This document shows, in pieces, positions 59,736-64,000 of a stretch of DNA of 64,000 nucleotides. The notes under the pieces were generated by a model. The model saw nothing but the letters and a program-made list of their open reading frames with translations, made no database searches and was not told the DNA's origin. The position numbers were made by a program, and so were the translations under genes. The DNA lies in assembly GCA_965238275.1 (NCBI GenBank), contig OZ250186.1:1312001-1376000 (forward strand). Reading direction: 5' to 3'. Numbering within the stretch: position 1 is the first letter of the stretch; every line of letters starts with the position of its first letter. This DNA comes from Nitrosopumilus sp. (GTDB lineage: Archaea; Thermoproteota; Nitrososphaeria; Nitrososphaerales; Nitrosopumilaceae).

Positions 59736-61073
59736 TCACCATCTGCTGCGGCCGCCGTAGCTGTTCCGGTATCCCTTGTCGCTGGATCTTCTTCCTCCTC
59801 CATGCTGGTCGTCCCTTGAGTCGTGCCGTTTATCTGATCTGCCGTATCCGCCACCTCCTCCACCTGAGCGGCCTCCTCCCCTTGAATAGCCTCCCCTTGA
59901 CTGGCTTCCGAATCTTCTTGGAGATGATGTCTGTCTCTTCAGGGGATCCGGAATCGATACCTTGATTCCCATCTCCTCGTTCAAGTCCTTGATGGGTACC
60001 TTGATCTGGCGCTTGATGATGTTCCAGTCGCCGACTGAGGAGTATGAGACAAATGTTATGGCCTTTCCCTTTGCACCCGCCCTGGCTGTCCTTCCAATTC
60101 GGTGAAAGTATACCAGTTCCTGGTTTGGAATGTCATAGTTGATCACCAGCCCCACCCTTGGAACGTCTATTCCCCTGGATGCGACGTCTGTTGCAACCAG
60201 AATGTGTGCCTTGTTGCTGCGAAACTTTGACATGGACTGCTCCCTTCTGTGCTGGGACATGTCACCTTCGATTACAACCGCATCAAATCTCTCCCTGTGG
60301 AGAAACCTGCCCACGTCCCTAGTTCTGTACTTTGTTGAACAAAACACGATGCACTGGCCCTTGCCTTGCTTGATAAAGTCAACCAGGTACTTGGACTTGT
60401 CCCTGTCCTTGATGACCAGGAATGACTGGTCTATTCCCTCTCCGCTCAGATTATCTGCATCCAGAAGAAACTGTTTCGCGTTGGACAGATACTCTTCTGA
60501 GAGCCTTAGAATCTCAGTCGGCATGGTGGCCGAAAAGAGCGACATCACCCTCTCCTCCGGGGCCAGATCAAGGATGAACTGGATGTCGTCGATAAATCCC
60601 ATGTCAAGCATCGTGTCTGCCTCGTCAAGAACGATGTGGGTCACATCCCTGAGGTCTATGGAGCCCCTTTTGAGGTGGTCAATCATCCTTCCGGGAGTCG
60701 CCACGACGATCTCCACGCCTCTCTCAAGTGCGTCCAGCTGGAGTCCCATTCCCTGTCCGCCGTAGATTGTGGCCACCCTGATGTCCGTGTATTTGCCGAA
60801 TTTCTTTATCTCGCCTGTTATCTGCATTGCAAGCTCCCTTGTGGGTGCCATTATCAGCCCCTGGATTCCGTTCTTTGGCTTTATCTCCTGCAGCATGGAT
60901 AGTGCAAATGCGGCAGTCTTGCCGGATCCCGTGTGTGCCTGTCCGACGACATCCCTGCCTGTAAGCAGGACCGGAATCACTGCCTCTTGGATGGGAAATA
61001 CATCCTCATACCCGAGATCCTCGATTCCCTTCAGTATTTCCTTTCTTAATCCCAATTCTTCAAACTTTATCAT
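59736..61073 (-). CDS. DEAD-box RNA helicase
   Basis: AHTGSGKT, PTRELA, DEAD, SAT, HRIGRTAR; Gly/Arg-rich tail. Confidence 0.95.
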   Translation of the reverse strand: MIKFEELGLRKEILKGIEDLGYEDVFPIQEAVIPVLLTGRDVVGQAHTGSGKTAAFALSMLQEIKPKNGIQGLIMAPTRELAMQITGEIKKFGKYTDIRVATIYGGQGMGLQLDALERGVEIVVATPGRMIDHLKRGSIDLRDVTHIVLDEADTMLDMGFIDDIQFILDLAPEERVMSLFSATMPTEILRLSEEYLSNAKQFLLDADNLSGEGIDQSFLVIKDRDKSKYLVDFIKQGKGQCIVFCSTKYRTRDVGRFLHRERFDAVVIEGDMSQHRREQSMSKFRSNKAHILVATDVASRGIDVPRVGLVINYDIPNQELVYFHRIGRTARAGAKGKAITFVSYSSVGDWNIIKRQIKVPIKDLNEEMGIKVSIPDPLKRQTSSPRRFGSQSRGGYSRGGGRSGGGGGGYGRSDKRHDSRDDQHGGGRRSSDKGYRNSYGGRSRW

Positions 61074-61286
61074 TTCATCTTCTACTCTTAGGCAATGGCG
61101 AAAAGGTGTATTGCGTCTCCGTCATCATTTTAACACATACATTCGGAAAATAGGTCTAATAAACCCTTGTTAGGGATCCGCAACATGGCAGTTGAGACGG
61201 CACTGCATGTATGTGCCCGGACCGAGCCCGGACGTGTGCCGTCCCGCACTTCCAAGAATTAAATATCTACGTGCCGGTACGGTACC

Positions 61287-62171
61287 ATGACAGGCATCCG
61301 AATCGATGGAAAGATCATAGCGCAGTCGCTCAGGGACAAGATTGGCATGCAGGTTGCGGCATTAAAACGCCAGGGAATAGACCCGTGCCTGGCAACTGTC
61401 CTTGTGGGTGATGATCCGGCGTCTGCCACATACGTCAGAAACAAGCACAAGGCCTGCATGGATGTGGGAATTGCGACAAGGGATTACAAGCTTGATGCCG
61501 ATGCCGCCCAGTCCCAACTGAACCAGACGATAGACGATCTGAATTCTGACGACTCTATTCATGGCATACTCGTCCAGCTTCCCCTGCCCGATCACCTGGA
61601 CGAGTTCATGACAACCTCAAGAATCTCCCCTGAAAAGGACGTCGACGGGCTGACTCCGCACAACGCAGGACTGCTTGCCGTGGGAAAGGCGGATCTTGTG
61701 GCATGCACGCCGTCCGGAGTCATGGAGATGTTCAGGTATCACGGGATTGATCTGGACGGAAGACGCGTCGTGCTGATTAATAGGAGCAATCTGGTCGGAA
61801 AGCCGCTGTACCACCTGCTGCTGAATCAAAACGCCACTGTCACGACGTGCCATTCCAGGACAAAAGGGATACAGGGGATATGCCAGAATGCAGACATCAT
61901 AATCACTGCCGTTGGCGACAGGGACAGGTTTGTGCTGACCCCTGGGATGATAAGGGACGGCGCAGTCGTTATTGACGTGGCCATATCCAGGTTTGAGGGC
62001 AGGCTTGCAGGGGATGCAGACTATGATGGAATAATCAAAAAGGCCTCCTTTGCCACGCCCGTACCCGGAGGCGTGGGCCCGATGACAGTTGCAATGCTGC
62101 TAAAAAACACAGTTACTGCAGCTACAGCAGCTACAGCAGCAGCAACAGCATCCCGGAGATCACGGGATTGA
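61287..62171 (+). CDS. folD: Methylenetetrahydrofolate dehydrogenase/cyclohydrolase
   Basis: GILVQLPLP, KDVDG, CTP, TPVPGGVGPMT. Confidence 0.95.
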   Translation: MTGIRIDGKIIAQSLRDKIGMQVAALKRQGIDPCLATVLVGDDPASATYVRNKHKACMDVGIATRDYKLDADAAQSQLNQTIDDLNSDDSIHGILVQLPLPDHLDEFMTTSRISPEKDVDGLTPHNAGLLAVGKADLVACTPSGVMEMFRYHGIDLDGRRVVLINRSNLVGKPLYHLLLNQNATVTTCHSRTKGIQGICQNADIIITAVGDRDRFVLTPGMIRDGAVVIDVAISRFEGRLAGDADYDGIIKKASFATPVPGGVGPMTVAMLLKNTVTAATAATAAATASRRSRD

Positions 62172-62731
62172 GCGACCCTGACCGGAGCTCGCTTCGGAAT
62201 CTCTTACTGGAGCGGAGGGACGGCACCTCGTTTGATCTTCTGAGGATATCAAGCAAAACGATACAAAACAGGCTCGGCAGCATCGCAGCGTACAGGGACG
62301 CAGTCCGAATAGGGGCATACCACCCCATCGGAAGCGAGATCCTGACGCAGGAGATCATCCAGAACCTGATAAGCAGCGGAAAGGAGGTGTTCCTGCCCCG
62401 AATCTCCGGCAGGGACAACATGGAGTTTGGGCGGATTCGTGACTTTTCGGACCTTGAGAAGGGCAGCCTTGGCATCATGGAGCCCAAGGACGGATGCCCC
62501 GTCGGCGACCCCCTTGACGTGGTACTTGTCCCGACAGTCGGAATATCGCCTGACGGGGTGCGCCTGGGATACGGCCACGGATACTATGACAGGTTCCTTG
62601 CAGGCTGCAGTGCCGTGACAGTCTCGCTGACACTTGAAAAGCAGGTCATCAAGAAGATTCCACAGTCCAGCCACGACATCCTGATTGACTGGATTGTGAC
62701 AGAAGAGAGGGTCATACAGACCCAAAAGTAG
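62168..62731 (+). CDS. 5-formyltetrahydrofolate cyclo-ligase
   Basis: GIMEP, RLGYGHGYYDRFL, HD..IVTE. Confidence 0.92.
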   Translation: MSDPDRSSLRNLLLERRDGTSFDLLRISSKTIQNRLGSIAAYRDAVRIGAYHPIGSEILTQEIIQNLISSGKEVFLPRISGRDNMEFGRIRDFSDLEKGSLGIMEPKDGCPVGDPLDVVLVPTVGISPDGVRLGYGHGYYDRFLAGCSAVTVSLTLEKQVIKKIPQSSHDILIDWIVTEERVIQTQK

Positions 62732-62878
62732 GAAAAGGCAACTTCTGCCGTTATCCATCCGGCAGGACCGCCCGTGATGCTATCCTGCTGCATGCGTTCT
62801 GATGGGGAGATTCAGATTATGCCTGCCATACCGTCCATGGTTTTATCTTTATAATGCCACGCCCTCATCTGAACCCTG

Positions 62879-64000
62879 ATGGAATTCTCTGAAAGGTTCG
62901 ATGCAAAGGAGATCGAGTCACAGGTAAAGAAATACATCAAATCCGTGGACCTGCAGAAACTAATCTCCGCATCCGGCCGGTCCGAGAAGGTCCGGTTTAT
63001 CGAGGGGCCCCCGACGATGAACGGAATCCCCCATGCCGGGCACCTGAGGGGAAGGATAATCAAGGATCTCTGGTACCGGTTCAACACGCTGCAGGGCAGG
63101 CATGTCATGTTTGATGGCGGATGGGACACCCAGGGGCTTCCGGTGGAGCTGCAGGCCGAAAAGGAGCTGGGGGTGACAGGCGGAAAGACCGAGGCCATCA
63201 AAAAGTTTGGAATCGAGAGGATAGTCGCAGAGTGCAAGGGCGTGGTTGAAAAATACAACACCGCGTGGGTGGATGCGGACCGATCCCTTGGCATCTCCCT
63301 GGATCACGACAGGGCGTACTGGACGTTTCGGGACGAGTTTATTGAACGGGAGTGGCAGGTTCTAAAAAAGGCCCTTGAGGCCAGGATACTTGACGAGGAT
63401 TACACGGTAATTGCATACTGCCCAAGCTGCCAGACGTCGCTGAGCCACGCAGAAGTCAACCAGGGGTACGAGGAGGTCCGGGATCCGTCCCTGTACTACA
63501 AGGTCAGGCTTGCAGACGAGGAGGATGCGTTTCTGATAGTGTGGACGACCATGCCGTTTACGCTGGTCACCGATGCCATGGTGGGACTGCACCCGGACGA
63601 GGAGTACGTACACGTCCAAGTTGGAAAAGAGACGTGGATAGTGGGAAAGACCCGGCTGGAGGGGTTCATGGCCGAGGCCGGCGTGGAACAGTACACCCCA
63701 GGCAAAACCGTCCTGGGCTCTGCCCTTGAGGGAAGAAGGTACGTGCATCCCCTCCTTGACGTCATTCCGGATCTTGCAGCGTGCGCCGAGGAGGCCGAAA
63801 ACTTTCATGTTACGGTATCTGAGCCGTTTGTCGATGCCAGCACCGGCAGCGGACTGGTGCACCTTTCGCCTGCAAACGGCGAGGAGGACATAAAGATTGC
63901 AAACAGGCGGGGCGTCAAGGTGTTCAGCCCCATCGATGACGAGGTAAGATTCACGTCCGGGGGAGGCAAGTATTCCGGGATGTTTGTCAGGGATGCAGAC
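62879..64000 (+). CDS. ileS: Isoleucine--tRNA ligase (5' part, truncated by the window)
   Basis: Own translation: FIEGPPTMNGIPHAGH, GWDTQGLPVE, WTTMPFTL, GSGLVHLSPANGEED. Confidence 0.92.
   Translation, partial: MEFSERFDAKEIESQVKKYIKSVDLQKLISASGRSEKVRFIEGPPTMNGIPHAGHLRGRIIKDLWYRFNTLQGRHVMFDGGWDTQGLPVELQAEKELGVTGGKTEAIKKFGIERIVAECKGVVEKYNTAWVDADRSLGISLDHDRAYWTFRDEFIEREWQVLKKALEARILDEDYTVIAYCPSCQTSLSHAEVNQGYEEVRDPSLYYKVRLADEEDAFLIVWTTMPFTLVTDAMVGLHPDEEYVHVQVGKETWIVGKTRLEGFMAEAGVEQYTPGKTVLGSALEGRRYVHPLLDVIPDLAACAEEAENFHVTVSEPFVDASTGSGLVHLSPANGEEDIKIANRRGVKVFSPIDDEVRFTSGGGKYSGMFVRDAD

Noticed and set aside
61074-61150. AUGAUGA box in the DEAD-helicase leader as a C/D box sRNA
   Set aside because: No properly placed CUGA D box; could be chance or simply a 5' UTR.

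Overview
Archaeal chromosomal DNA, most consistent with an ammonia-oxidising archaeon (Nitrosopumilaceae, Nitrososphaerota): rpoE1-spt4, nadA/nadC/nadX, nurA-herA-mre11-rad50, cdc48, EF-1beta, pth2, truD, cysS, folD, partial ileS, several cupredoxins and Lrp/AsnC domains. The many insertion elements, broken genes and simple-sequence repeats suggest a host-associated lineage (inference). I delimited six mobile elements by eye from their ends: two IS481-type elements with long 15-16 bp target duplications; two IS5/ISL2-type elements, one splitting a methyltransferase; an 838-bp transposase-less element with 38-bp TIRs carrying a secreted-protein gene; and, as top candidate, a catalytically intact tnpB alone inside terminal inverted repeats with TA flanks (14729-16258), an IS630/Tc1-mariner-like architecture rather than the usual IS200/605/607 one. 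An accessory island at about 43-55 kb holds unannotated AbrB-like and RHH micro-regulators, a UvrD-RecB-nuclease fusion and a divergent PIN / CARF-wHTH pair with a palindromic operator. No rRNA, tRNA or CRISPR array was recognised. All calls come from reading motifs; no database search was run.
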